Source: Amoebidium appalachense
Taxonomy: Eukaryota > Protista > Ichthyosporea
Direction of reading: 5' to 3'
DNA: 64,000 bases
Assembly: GCA_963693365.1 (NCBI GenBank)
Contig: CAVNZM010000017.1
Span: 4,011,375 to 4,075,374, forward strand
The number at the start of each line of letters is the position of its first letter. The first letter of the stretch is position 1. The notes below the pieces were generated by a model. That model searched no databases. It was not told the origin of the DNA and saw only the letters and a program-made list of their open reading frames with translations. Position numbers and translations under genes: made by a program. This document shows, piece after piece, positions 41,201 to 53,104 of this stretch.

Positions 41201-41799
41201 CTAAACCAGACTGTCGCTGCTCTCATGCACACTAGTGTCCCTCTCTCCATTATTGTTTCTGGTCTTTGACCTGCGCACAGCCACCAAAGCAATGAGTGCG
41301 ACAAACGCCACCAGCATGCCCCCAGAGGCCAACCCCGTCACTGCGTCGCTGCTGCCGCCAATGCTCGGGGCCTCCACAGGGCCGACACTTCGCGCCACCA
41401 CCTCATGGGGTAGGCCTAGGTCGCTGCCGTCGACGCCCACCCGGGCCAAGGGCAAAGCAGCCGGGGCAGCTGCCGCAGCGGGAGCAGTCCATCCGACAGG
41501 TGGAGGGTGGTAATAGTGGCCGGCAGGTTCGACTGTCACACTTTCAGGTGGAGAGGGAGTTACCACGGTATCACTGACAGCAGCCGGGGCAGCGGAGGCA
41601 AAGAGTCTGCGGCTGCAGCGGCAGCAGGCCCTGTGGCCCATTGGCAGCGGAGGCATGAAGGGGCCGGGCAGAGACAAGGGGCTGCGCCAGGCAGAGAAGA
41701 ATCGGGTCGCAGAGGGGGCATATTGGCAGAGATGGCCGGGATGGCCCCGACCGGCATGGTGGAACTGAGGGACATCTTTGGTTCTGATGCAAGTGCCAT
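41201..41799 (-). pseudogene. Frameshifted inverted paralog of the 42734-43732 repeat protein
   Basis: ATG at 41799 gives MALASEPKMSLSS...PCLCPAPSCLRCQWAT. After the junction at 41595/41594 the homologous C-terminal half (VEPAGHYYHPPPVGW...GMLVAFVALIALVAVRRSKTR...SSDSLV*) is in another frame. Confidence 0.75.
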
Positions 41800-42557
41800 C
41801 GTGGGTATTTGATTGAATAAAGGATAGACGTGGGTATACTGCTGCGTACAGTTGAATATGCTCCGCGTGTAGCTTTTGACAGATGTGTTGATGTGTGGCG
41901 GTTCGCTCGAATTTATAGCTTCTGATCTTGAGCGTGAGCCAATAAACATTCAGATGCCAGATTTGGAATGCACTATCAGGGGTAGAATACATATACAAGC
42001 TCCAGCCGCTGTTATACATGACACTTAAGGCTATCTACTTACACTATTCTCTTTACAAAAGAGATTAAAAGTCGACGAGAGTATATTTAAGCGCTGCTTA
42101 GAGAGAGAATGAGCGTTCATGGCTTTTATAAATATAAAAAGCCATACATCAGGGAGCAGGCCTTGTGTCCGTGTCAGAGTTAGAAACATTCCGTCATCTG
42201 CTTCATTTATCGCGCGAACCAATAGGGTGACGCCGAGCAGCCGAGCAGTGACTCATGATGACGGGATGCTTCAAACCCTGAAAGGTTCATCTTGCAAGTT
42301 GCAACATAGCAACACAACGCCTGCCCTGTGAAAAAAAGGCTTATTTCCTGTGAAATCCATGGGGAATTTTTCTACATGCTAAGCAGCGCTTCAGTGCATC
42401 CTTATTGTTCTTAAACCCCTATGGTAAAGACGATATGCTTATTTATAGTGCAAGTCGATAGCGTCCAAGCCACACTCCACAGACCACTTTGTACAATTTC
42501 AGTTCCTGGCCGCACATTCCAAGATCCAATGTGTATGTGACTTCTATCTGACTTCCC

Positions 42558-42591
42558 ATTGGCTCACGTTCGAATTTCGGAAGCTATAAAA
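42558..42591 (+). promoter_or_regulatory. ATTGG (CCAAT) plus TATAAA core promoter, conserved in the inverted paralog (41912-41943, minus)
   Basis: attggctcacgttcgaatttcggaagctataaa versus attggctcacgctcaagatcagaagctataaa upstream of the two ATGs. Confidence 0.65.
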
Positions 42592-42733
42592 CAGCCGATT
42601 GCAGGAGTTCAGGTCAGTCATTCTCAACACATCCACACCACTACGCGTTACACGTCGAGAGTCTTCAAGCGCACCCAACCTCTGCCTACCATAGCCGCTA
42701 ACCCTTATCTATTCATTCAATAATACCCCAACG

Positions 42734-43732
42734 ATGGCGCTCGCAGCAGAACCGAAGATGTCTCTCTGTTCTGACACCGTGTCGTTCCGGGCCTTCCCTG
42801 CCGAAATCAACGGCGAAATTCCCCCTCCACCACCACCGGATGCTGCCCACATGCCCCCTCCGCCACTCGACTCTTCTCTGCCTGGCGCAGACCCTTGTCT
42901 CTGCCCGGCCCCTTCATGCCTCCGCTGCCAATGGGCCACAGAGCCTGCTGCCCCTGCAGCCGCAGAGTCTTTGCCTCTCCAGGCTGCGCCCGCTGCTGCT
43001 GCCCCAGCTGCAGCCGTGAGACCTGCCCGAGATATCGATGCTGTCACTCCCCCTCCATCTGTCGAGCCTGCGGGTCACTACTACCGCCCTCCCCCTGGCG
43101 GATGGACTGCCCCCGCTGCCCCGGCCGCCGTTGCTGCCCGTGATATCGATGCGGGCATGAATACTCCCTCTTCGCCTGCCGAGCCTGCCGGTCACATGCG
43201 CCTTCCACCTGGCGGATGGGCTTCCCCCGCTGCCCCGGCTGCTGTCAGTGATGCTGTCGTAACTTCCTCTCCACCTGACAGTGTGACAGTCGAGCATGTC
43301 GGCCACTACTACCGCCCTCCCCCTGGCGGATGGGCTGCCCCCGCTGCCCCGGCCGCGGTTGCTGCCCGTGATATCGGTGCGGGCATTCCGGATCCCTCTC
43401 CGCGTCCCGAGCCTGCCGGTCACTATTACCGTCCTCCCCCTGGCGGATTTACTGCCCCCGCTGTTCCGGCTGTTTTGCCCTTGGCCCGGGTGGGCGTCGA
43501 CGGCAGCGACCTGGGCATCTTCCATGCGGTGGCGGCGCGCAGTGTTGGCCCTGTGGAGGCCCCGAGCATTGGCGGCAGCAGAAACGCAGTGACGGGGTTG
43601 GCCTCTTGGGGCATGCTGGTGGCGTTTGTCGCGCTCATTGCTTTGGTGGCTGTGCGCAGGTCAAAGACCAGAAATGATAACAAGGAGTATCGTGCTGGGC
43701 AGAGTGATGCCAGTGATGAGATTATGGTCTGA
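42734..43732 (+). CDS. Intronless orphan Pro/Ala-rich repeat protein with CxCx4Cx2C motif and C-terminal TM helix (332 aa)
   Basis: Microsatellite-free GC-rich ORF; four GH(YY/M)R(P/L)PPGG(W/F) units; TM WGMLVAFVALIALVAV followed by RRSKTR; conserved paralog on the opposite strand; upstream CCAAT and TATA. Confidence 0.8.
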   Translation: MALAAEPKMSLCSDTVSFRAFPAEINGEIPPPPPPDAAHMPPPPLDSSLPGADPCLCPAPSCLRCQWATEPAAPAAAESLPLQAAPAAAAPAAAVRPARDIDAVTPPPSVEPAGHYYRPPPGGWTAPAAPAAVAARDIDAGMNTPSSPAEPAGHMRLPPGGWASPAAPAAVSDAVVTSSPPDSVTVEHVGHYYRPPPGGWAAPAAPAAVAARDIGAGIPDPSPRPEPAGHYYRPPPGGFTAPAVPAVLPLARVGVDGSDLGIFHAVAARSVGPVEAPSIGGSRNAVTGLASWGMLVAFVALIALVAVRRSKTRNDNKEYRAGQSDASDEIMV

Positions 43733-44127
43733 TGGATGTATCGGATGTCCCATCAAACATTCGATATTCCGGTATTTGTAACTTTGTAAATATTCACAAT
43801 GATGATGATATTCGACGGTGTTGGTACACAATCCTACTATAAAAGCAGTTTGTTCGTAGTTTGAAGCCTTCATGCCTGTACATATGCGCATGTGCTAGTA
43901 GTGTTCAGTTTTGGTTTAATCTATCAGAGGGTTGATATCGTCAAAGTGCTTGGCTACCTGGGCCATGTCATGAATAGAATTCAAGTAATTAAGTTTTGTG
44001 TTTTGGTAATGCTCCAGCTCCAAGTATTAAAATTGTGGACTTGTAAACAGTGATTTTTTGTGTATTTAATGTGCAGCCTCTCCCCCCCCCCCCCCCCCCC
44101 CCCCTTCCCCCCCCCCTCCCTGCCGTG

Positions 44128-44225
<98 letters not shown>

Positions 44226-44528
44226 GCGCACATGCACATGCACACGCACACACACACACACAGTGACACACACACACACACACACTCTCTCTCTCTCTCG
44301 CTCTCTCTCTCACACATACACAGGAACCACCAGCCCTTCTTTTTCTTTTTCTCCCCCCTTTTCTTTTTGTTTTTGTTGTGACACAATTTATTGTCTTCTG
44401 ATTTTCAAAGCTTTTTTAATCAAGAATCATTTGTTTGTTTTTTAATTCTTTTTTTTTTTTTTTTTTTTGGGGGGGGGGGGGGAGGGGGGGGGAGGGGGGG
44501 GGGAGGATGGCGAGAGGGGGGAGGGGGG

Positions 44529-44629
<101 letters not shown>

Positions 44630-44858
44630 GGGGGGAGGCCGGAGGGAGGGAGGAAGAGGGATAAGAGCACAGCACAGTCTTTATATGACGGTAGTTCGGA
44701 CATCTACATAGTGCACGTACGCTTATAAAAACTTGATTGACCTACACAGTGGAAACAATGACAACGCTCGGGTATAGCATTCAAGGGCAACCTCAAGTCA
44801 GGAAGAGGAGGGAGAACACACGCAAGCAGAGAGAGAGAGAGAGAGAGAGGGAGGGAGG

Positions 44859-44899
<41 letters not shown>

Positions 44900-45843
44900 T
44901 GTGTGTGTGTGTGTGTAAAGAGCCTGGAGAGAGAGAGAGAGAGGGGGGGAGGGGGGGGGGGGGGGGGGGGGCTAGCTGAAGAGAGCCTAGAGATCTGGGA
45001 GGGGGTGAGGGAGGAAAGAGAGAGATCTATAGAGATATCCAGAGAGACGGTCAGATAACTAGAAAGCGAGAGACCAACTGGTCAGTAGGGGGGGGGGGGG
45101 GAAGGGGAAGGGGGGAGGGGGGGGGGCGGGGGGAGGGTTGGTGCATGTTGTGTTCTCGCTGGTGTACGGTATGTGCGCATGTGTTGTGCGATGGCCTCCT
45201 TATACAATGTGTCGAAACGAGTCACGCTTGTTTCAAATTGACTGGTCTTTATGTTTGTCTGCAAGATTTCATTCCAACGTGTGTATGCACCTGATCTGAA
45301 AGCTGTGCCCGTGTGTGCTTCAATGATGTGCATGAACGTACGTGAATCGAGCTGGTGCGCTTCTTTTTTGGGGTTCTCGGTACGGGGGATCCGGGTGCAT
45401 CCAGCTTTACTGTGCGGTATTTGTTTTCCTTGCCAAATTGTTGGGTGGGTGGTGTTAGTTTGTCGCTGTGTGCACGTGCACGTGTGTGTGTGTGTGCACG
45501 CACGTGCGGGTGGCCTGTGCGCACCTGTGCATGTGCCTGTGTTTGTGTATGTGTGTGCGTATGTGCGCGTGCCAAGGCCTCCTAAATAGCTCACCTTTGC
45601 AGCCTTGGCACGCGCTCATGTGTTTTACTTGTGTGTGCTTTTTGAGGGCGCAGCAGGGTGCCGTGGGAGGAGAGGTTTGTGGTGGCGGTACGGTGGTGCT
45701 GGTGGTGGTGGTGGGGGGGGGGGGGGGGGGGAGGGCGGGGGGAGGAGGGGGAGGGGGGGAAGGGGGGGGGGGGGGGGGACGAGGAGGAGGAAAAGGGGGG
45801 GTCGGGGGGGTCCCTGCACGTAGACACAGGGAAAAGAAATCAC

Positions 45844-46222
45844 TAATGTGTATCTTCAATGAGAAGACAAACTTTTCTTTTTGTAATTTTCGACCCTTCG
45901 CACCGACCAGAACCCCCTCAACCTATATTTAAATGAAAGCCAATTTTATTGTCTATCGAACGGTACCATTTGTTTGTTAGCGACGCGCTAATAGAAAAAG
46001 TTTTCTTGGGATTAATGTTTTTTTTTTTAACATTTCGATTAAAGAAACTTTTTACCAATTGACGATTGATTTTCATCCTTGAAATTGACCAATCGTCAAA
46101 TCGATTTGGTCTTAGATCAATCTATAAAATTAGAATTTCCACTAACCATTGGATTTTAAAGTTAGGTCAATCGATGCCCATTGAACTTTAATTTCGTTTG
46201 TCTTCTCATTGAAGATTCATTA
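45844..46222. mobile_element. Putative MITE (about 380 bp, AT-rich)
   Basis: Perfect 21-bp inverted repeat atcttcaatgagaagacaaac (45852-45872) / gtttgtcttctcattgaagat (46196-46216), extending imperfectly to taatg...catta (possible TA TSD); no ORF. Confidence 0.65.
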
Positions 46223-46589
46223 TGGCTTTCAAAAAAAAATGAGCACCGGGAGGGGGCCGGGAGGGGAGGGGTGGGTGGGGGGGGGGGGGGGGGGGGAATA
46301 ATTGATATCGATACATACTCACGGATCTAAAACCTCTACCAACATGGTTCAGAAATATTATTACGGCATCGACATACTGTACGCGTTCTCAGATTTTCAT
46401 ACATACACGTTATCAGGTGTTTTCTAATTTCTCAAAACCCCTCGAATCACATTTTATAGGGACTTACACAGAGTGCGGATTTCGTTCAACGTAACAGAAA
46501 AATCACCAATCACAAAAAAAATTGTGTCCCTCCTTTCACACTCCCTTTTCCTTATCCAAATTCAGAGTTTGAAGGACCAAAATAAAATC

Positions 46590-46998
46590 TTAATTTGTAG
46601 TCCCCTTTGCACGCTCCCTCCTCTTTGCCCCCTGTCTCTTTGTCACATGCATCTTCCTATGTTTCTCCACTGCCTGTTCGTTATACCTATAGTACCCATG
46701 TTCGTTTTTGCACTTTTTCGCCGAACATCCGCACGTGGAATCGTGGCAATCTACTGCGTTAAAGAAACACGGGCATTTGATGGTGTTACAAGGACCACCC
46801 ACACACCAGCAGCCCGAGTGGCATGGGTCACGTGCAGCCGCTTGGTATGGTTCGAGGCTGAGCGATTCCTGTGTGTGTGTGGGGGGGGGGGGAGTGTGTG
46901 TGTAGGTGTGTGTGTGGGGGGGGGGGGGGGGGGAGTGTGTGTGTATGTGTGTGTAGGGGGGAGGGGGTGGGGTGGGGCGGGCGGAGGGGGGGGGGGGG

Positions 46999-47049
<51 letters not shown>

Positions 47050-47086
47050 CGTGTGTGTGAACGCGTGTGCGTAGGTGTGTGTGTAG

Positions 47087-47151
<65 letters not shown>

Positions 47152-47510
47152 TGTACGTGTGCGGGTAGATGTGTGTGTGTGTGTGTGTGTGTAGGTGTAC
47201 ATTTTTGTGATGTGTGTAGATGTAGGTGTACGCGCGTGTGTGAAATGTGTGTGTGTGCGCGCATATGTGGGGGTGATTGTGAGAATGTGTGGTGTATGTG
47301 TTATATGTTGTTTTTTCGGAGGTGTGTGTTTGATGTAGAGAGTAGGGAGGAGGAGAGAAAGGGCGATGCGGGATTCATAAGGAGAACTCTTCGGAAGGGC
47401 GGGGGGGGGGGGGGGGGGGGGAGGGAGACGGAATGATGGAAAAAATGCTGAGGGAGGGAGAGGGGAGAGAGAGGGGGGCAGGAGGGGGCAGGGGGGGGGG
47501 GGGGAGGGGG

Positions 47511-47583
<73 letters not shown>

Positions 47584-47834
47584 TATGTCAGACAGAGAGA
47601 TCAGAGGATGAAAACGAAACGGGGGGGGGGGGGGGGGGGGGTTGAGTTTGTGTCTGTGTCTGGGTGTGCTGGTGTGTGTGTGCGCGTGCCTATGGTATGT
47701 ATACATGCGTTCGTGCGTGGTTGTGTTTGAGTGCATGTGTGTGCGTATACCTGTGTGTGGGTGCGTGCACGAGCGGACTTTGATGGTGGCGGTAGAGAGA
47801 GGAAAGGGGCATCATATTAGGCCCCAAGTCTGGG

Positions 47835-47867
<33 letters not shown>

Positions 47868-49423
47868 GGAAGAGCGAGAGAGAGAGAGGCGACCAATGAA
47901 TGCACGCGAGCTTGTGTGTTTGTGGGCTCAAGCAAGGACGGGATACCAGGTAAGGGTATTAGCAAGGGTAGGGGGAAAGGGGCCGCGTGAGAAGGCGGGG
48001 AAGGGGGGATCGCCGACAGTGATTGGTAACACGGAAGCATAGGCGGGAGTCAGGGGTTGAATATTCAACTGTTTTTGGTGGGGTTGTTTGGGCCAAGAAG
48101 GAGACAGAGAGAAGACTTCCGAAAGGGGATGGTGGGCTTGGTGAATGTCTTGTATGTTTGTATGTTTTTTCTTTTTTTTTTAAAAAAAAATCGGGGTGGG
48201 GGATGGGGGCGCACGGAGAGGGGACACGAAGAGGAGGGGAAGGGTCGCTTATGATTACTCACTAAAAGCAAAATGTGGTTCAAAAAGTGTCTGTGTGTGT
48301 GTGCATGGGTGTGGGGGTGCTTGGGGACTTGGGTGTGTGCCTGAGCGCTTGAGCAAGCGAATGCACACTTGTAAACGGGGGAGTAGCGCTGAAAGGTTTG
48401 AGTCCTTTTGTCCGGGAGAAGGGTGGGGAGGTGGGGAGGGGGGGGGGGGATGCAAATCACACACACATACACACACAACGATGGGCCACAGTGACATACA
48501 CAGAAGTTTTCAAAGCATATCCGTATGCAGAGCAGGCAAAAAAGGAGGAAAAATATACCCGGAAGAGAACCTATTAGCTACAAACAGCGAAAGGTGCGCA
48601 GCTGAGTGGGTAGGCGGGCGGGTGGGTGTGGAATCATGAGGAAGGAGCGGCAGAAAGGGAGTTAGCGAAAAAGGGCAAAAGGGGAGAGAGGAGGAGAGGG
48701 GGAGAGAGAGAACATGACAAAAACGCTGGGGAGGTGAGAAGGAGAAAGGAAGGGGGAGCGGGGGAGAGGGGGGGGGGGGGGGGGGGAGGGAGGGATGGCA
48801 ATGTGGAGACAGGAGAAGAGGTTGGGGGGGGGGGGGGGGGGGGGGATGAGGGGAGGGGGTGGGTGAGTGGTGGGGTTGGGGGGGGGGGGGGGGGGGGGAG
48901 GGGAAGGAAGGAAACACACCCGCTTTATTTCTTCCACGAAAGAAGAATCACTCTTCTTCACAACTTCCTCTGGTGGAAGTCCAAACAGCAACACGCATCT
49001 CTCCTCCTCCCCTAACCTCCCCGTCCTTTCATACAGTTTGGGTGTTTCAGCAGTTCGTTTTCTCTGCGGTCTGGACTCATGTTCGTCTAGAGTGTCGTAT
49101 TTAACCTCTTCTATATCCATATTTACGTTTAACCCCTTTTCCTTCTTCGTTCTTGGAGAGAAGCTGAGGCCAAGGGGAAAGAATCCTTTCGTTGGTACCC
49201 CCTGGCTCCCCCCGTGTTCGCGCTCTAAATGAAGTTCACGAACCCCTCCGAAATTAACTGCCTTTTTCTTGGGTATTTCGACGCGAGTAGGCTCTGGGGG
49301 TAGTTCACTGTCGTTGGTTCGTGTTGGTTCGTTTAAATTCTGTAACGGTAATGGGATGGGCTCTGTCTGTGTGCAGGGTTCATTTTTTAGTTCAGTGGCT
49401 GTGTTGACTGTATCCTTTTCCAT
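46590..49423 (-). CDS. CSRNP: CSRNP (cysteine/serine-rich nuclear protein, AXUD1-like) family protein, 2 exons, about 260 aa
   Basis: Exons 49423-48920 and 46868-46590 (phase 0). [10 protein letters not shown]...[23 protein letters not shown], and Cys cluster [40 protein letters not shown] match the CSRNP conserved blocks. Confidence 0.78.
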
Positions 49424-49926
49424 ACTTTCAAATTTGGTGGTTAGACTTCTACAGAAACTGGTGCGAGAGTAGTAGATGCTATTTTGAAGAAAAAAACTAA
49501 ACGCTGTTTTCAAGAAAAAAACTACGAAAACTTCACTGAGGTGAAGACTTCCAGCCACGTACACCTGCCCAAGCTGGCTCGCGCTAGAACAGCGTGTTCC
49601 AGTATTGAAGCTGGTGCGTGGTTCACCAATCATCAAGAAGTGTTGACGGTTTGTCCAATCATATTACATGAATTATAGCTTGATTTGGATACAATTTCCT
49701 GTGACGTAATCACTCTGGGACATGCTGCAAACGCGTTTTTTTTTACAGTTCGAGTTGAAGTGAGAAGCTTGCCGCTGAGAGGCAGTGTGTGTGTTTTATA
49801 CTTTTGAGAGTTGAAAACTCAAATAACGTGCTACCTTATTTTCTTTTCTACTACCACCACCTCCCCATAGTCTACGCCCACCCGCTTTTTATCCCCCTTA
49901 GTGTCTTTCCCTTTCCCTCAGCCACC

Positions 49927-50198
49927 ATGCCAGGGTCCGTCCCCACCGTGTTTGACAAAGTGCGCCAGTCATGCAGCGACTTTCTGGACACTACTGATCT
50001 AGTCAAGGTGGGTTGTCGTTTGAACATCTTTCCGTTTCCCCCTTTTTAAAAATAAAGATTATTCTGAAAGTTGGTAGTGTAGGGGGGAGTGGGATGGAAA
50101 GCAGAAAAAAGTGTTTGTTTGTGACCTCCCCCCCCTCCACCCTCCCCTCCCCTCCCCCCTTCCCCCCTCCCCCCAGCCGCGGCCATCAGTTCAGTTCC

Positions 50199-50235
<37 letters not shown>

Positions 50236-50775
50236 CCTTCCCCCCCCCCCCCCCCTCCCCTCCCCTCCCCTCCCCCCTCCCCTCCCTCCTACAACCGAAC
50301 GTCATTAACCTCTTGAAACAGCTGTACTTGTCTTTTATGACAGGAGTCGGAGCGGTGGAGGCTGTTTAAGAAAGAGATAAAAGGATGGAACGGATTGTTG
50401 CACACAAGTGAGGAAGCGAAGAAGCAAAGTAGGAGGGAGGGGGGGGGGGGGGGGGGGGGTGGAAGGGGAGGGGGGGGGGGGGAGGGGGGGATGGTCAGGT
50501 GACAACATTTTTAGGTTCAGTGGATTTCAGATACGTCTCCCCGCCCCCCCCTCCCGCCCCCCGGCCTTCGTGCTCCATCTCTGCCCCCCCCCCCCCCCCC
50601 CCCCCCTCCCGCCCCCCGGCCTTCGTGCTCCATCTCTTTCCTCCCCCCCCCCCCTCCCCCCTCTCTTTCCCGCCACTTCCCCCTTCCTTGCTCGCCTTCC
50701 CACAACACTGCACCAAGCGACAACTAATCTGCCCGATTCTGGGAAAAGACTCTTTTCCATCACCGCGACACATTC

Positions 50776-50856
<81 letters not shown>

Positions 50857-51352
50857 AAAAAAACAAAAAAAAAACACACACACACACACACCACCACCAC
50901 CCTCCGTTATGTATCACCTGCCACTTCAACATCTTTTGTTGGAACATGCCTTTGTTGTATGATAAACCATGTATTAGTTTTCCGTGAATTTTTTAGATGT
51001 GGGTTTTTTTTCTGGTTGTCCTTTTTAGCTTAACTCCTGATTTCCTTCAAAACTCTTCTGTTCCCCCCCCCCCCCCCCCCCCCCCCCCCCGCCCCCGCCC
51101 TCCGATCTCCCTCCCCTTCCCCCACCCCCCTCCCCACTCCTCCCCCCTCCCCATCCCCTTGAGGGGCTAACCAACATTTTGTTTTTGCCTCTCCTATTCA
51201 CCTATGTTCCACACAACAAGTCTGTTATGCTACAGCCACGCGAACAGTTATAAGTACACACACAAACCCACACACTTGCACACACACACACTTGCACACA
51301 CACACACGCACGCGCACATACTTACACACACACACACACACACACACACTTA

Positions 51353-51406
<54 letters not shown>

Positions 51407-51426
51407 TCACACACACACGTGTCACA

Positions 51427-51504
<78 letters not shown>

Positions 51505-51797
51505 CACGCACACTTACACACTCTCACACCCAGTCACACTCACACTCACACACACAGTCACACGTACACAACACAGGCACACGTGCATTTCCCGCCACCA
51601 CACATTTTTTTCTCTTCCTTTGTGTGGCTCTGCGCTCGTGCTTGTGTGCTCTGGCGGATTGGCAAGGCGGGGGACAAAGAGGAGGGGAAGGAGGAGGTGG
51701 AGGGAGGAAAGCAGTGCAAGTGTGTGTGTGTGTGTGCGCAGCCGGGGGTCCGGGGAAGGGGAGGGTGGAGGGGAGGAGAGGACGTCTCACGTTGCTC

Positions 51798-51833
<36 letters not shown>

Positions 51834-52321
51834 CCAACAGATCAACGACGAAAAGCTCAAGGAGTTTGCAAAGAACATCAGTGCAGGTGGGTGGCTGCTG
51901 TTCTGTTCCCTTGTTGTTTTCCTGCTTTTTAGCAGCTAAGCAAAATTATACTTACGTGACATTAAAAACAAGAAATATATAAAAACGAATAGACGATGTG
52001 TAAAACATAGAAATGAACAGACGCTTGTCCATGTTCATCACAAAGATAATGGAACAATTTCCAAAACATCAAACATCTGAAAATGAATGTATGTCACTTA
52101 AAACATGAAAGAAGACATGCAGATGGTATCCAAGAGGCTTAAAACAAAGCACATCATCACGTTATACGTTGTCAGGTTGTACTTCATGCTATCTAATACG
52201 ATCCCCCCCCCCCCCCCCCCCCCCCCCCCCAAACAAAAAAAAAAAAAAAAAAAAAAGTCGTGATATTCATTCTAACTCTGCACTTCTACTGCATAACGCA
52301 ATCTAACAACATCCTCCCCCC

Positions 52322-52352
<31 letters not shown>

Positions 52353-52575
52353 ACCCCGACCCCACCCCCCAAATCCCTCCCCCCACCCCCCCCCCAAAAA
52401 AAAATAAAAAACAAACAAACAAACAAACAGATAAAGCATGGCTGCTTCATGTTATACGTTGTGAGGTTGTACTTAATGCTATACAGAACTATTCCCCCCA
52501 ATAAATAAAAATGAAAATAAGCAAATCTTGGTATCCATTCTAACTCTGCACTTCTACTGTATACCACATTCTAAC

Positions 52576-52620
<45 letters not shown>

Positions 52621-52721
52621 CCCCCCCTCTCCCCCTCTTCTCCCTTCCCCTCCCCCCTGCCTATCCCTTCCTCTCTCCCTCCCCCCCCCCCTCCCTCTCC
52701 CTCCCTCTGCACCCTCTCCCT

Positions 52722-52757
<36 letters not shown>

Positions 52758-52809
52758 TTCCCCCATCCCCACCCCCCACACCGCTACCCCCATCCCCTCC
52801 CTACCCCGA

Positions 52810-52892
<83 letters not shown>

Positions 52893-53063
52893 CGAAGCAG
52901 CGAGTGCCGAGCTTATGACACACCTACCCATCAAGTTCAGCAGTATGGACCATGAGATCAACACGTATGCCCTCATGCACATCCTCAACTTTGCCTCTGG
53001 CTTCAGGCACGAACTGCATGCGGCTGCTGGCAGGGTCTGTAATTTTCTTTACTGTCCCTGAAA

Positions 53064-53104
<41 letters not shown>

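Noticed and set aside
41800-42019. N-terminal part of ORF 41201-42019 as the true start
   Set aside because: It runs through the conserved TATA/CCAAT promoter and 5'UTR; the paralog indicates the ATG at 41799. Kept only as a minor alternative.
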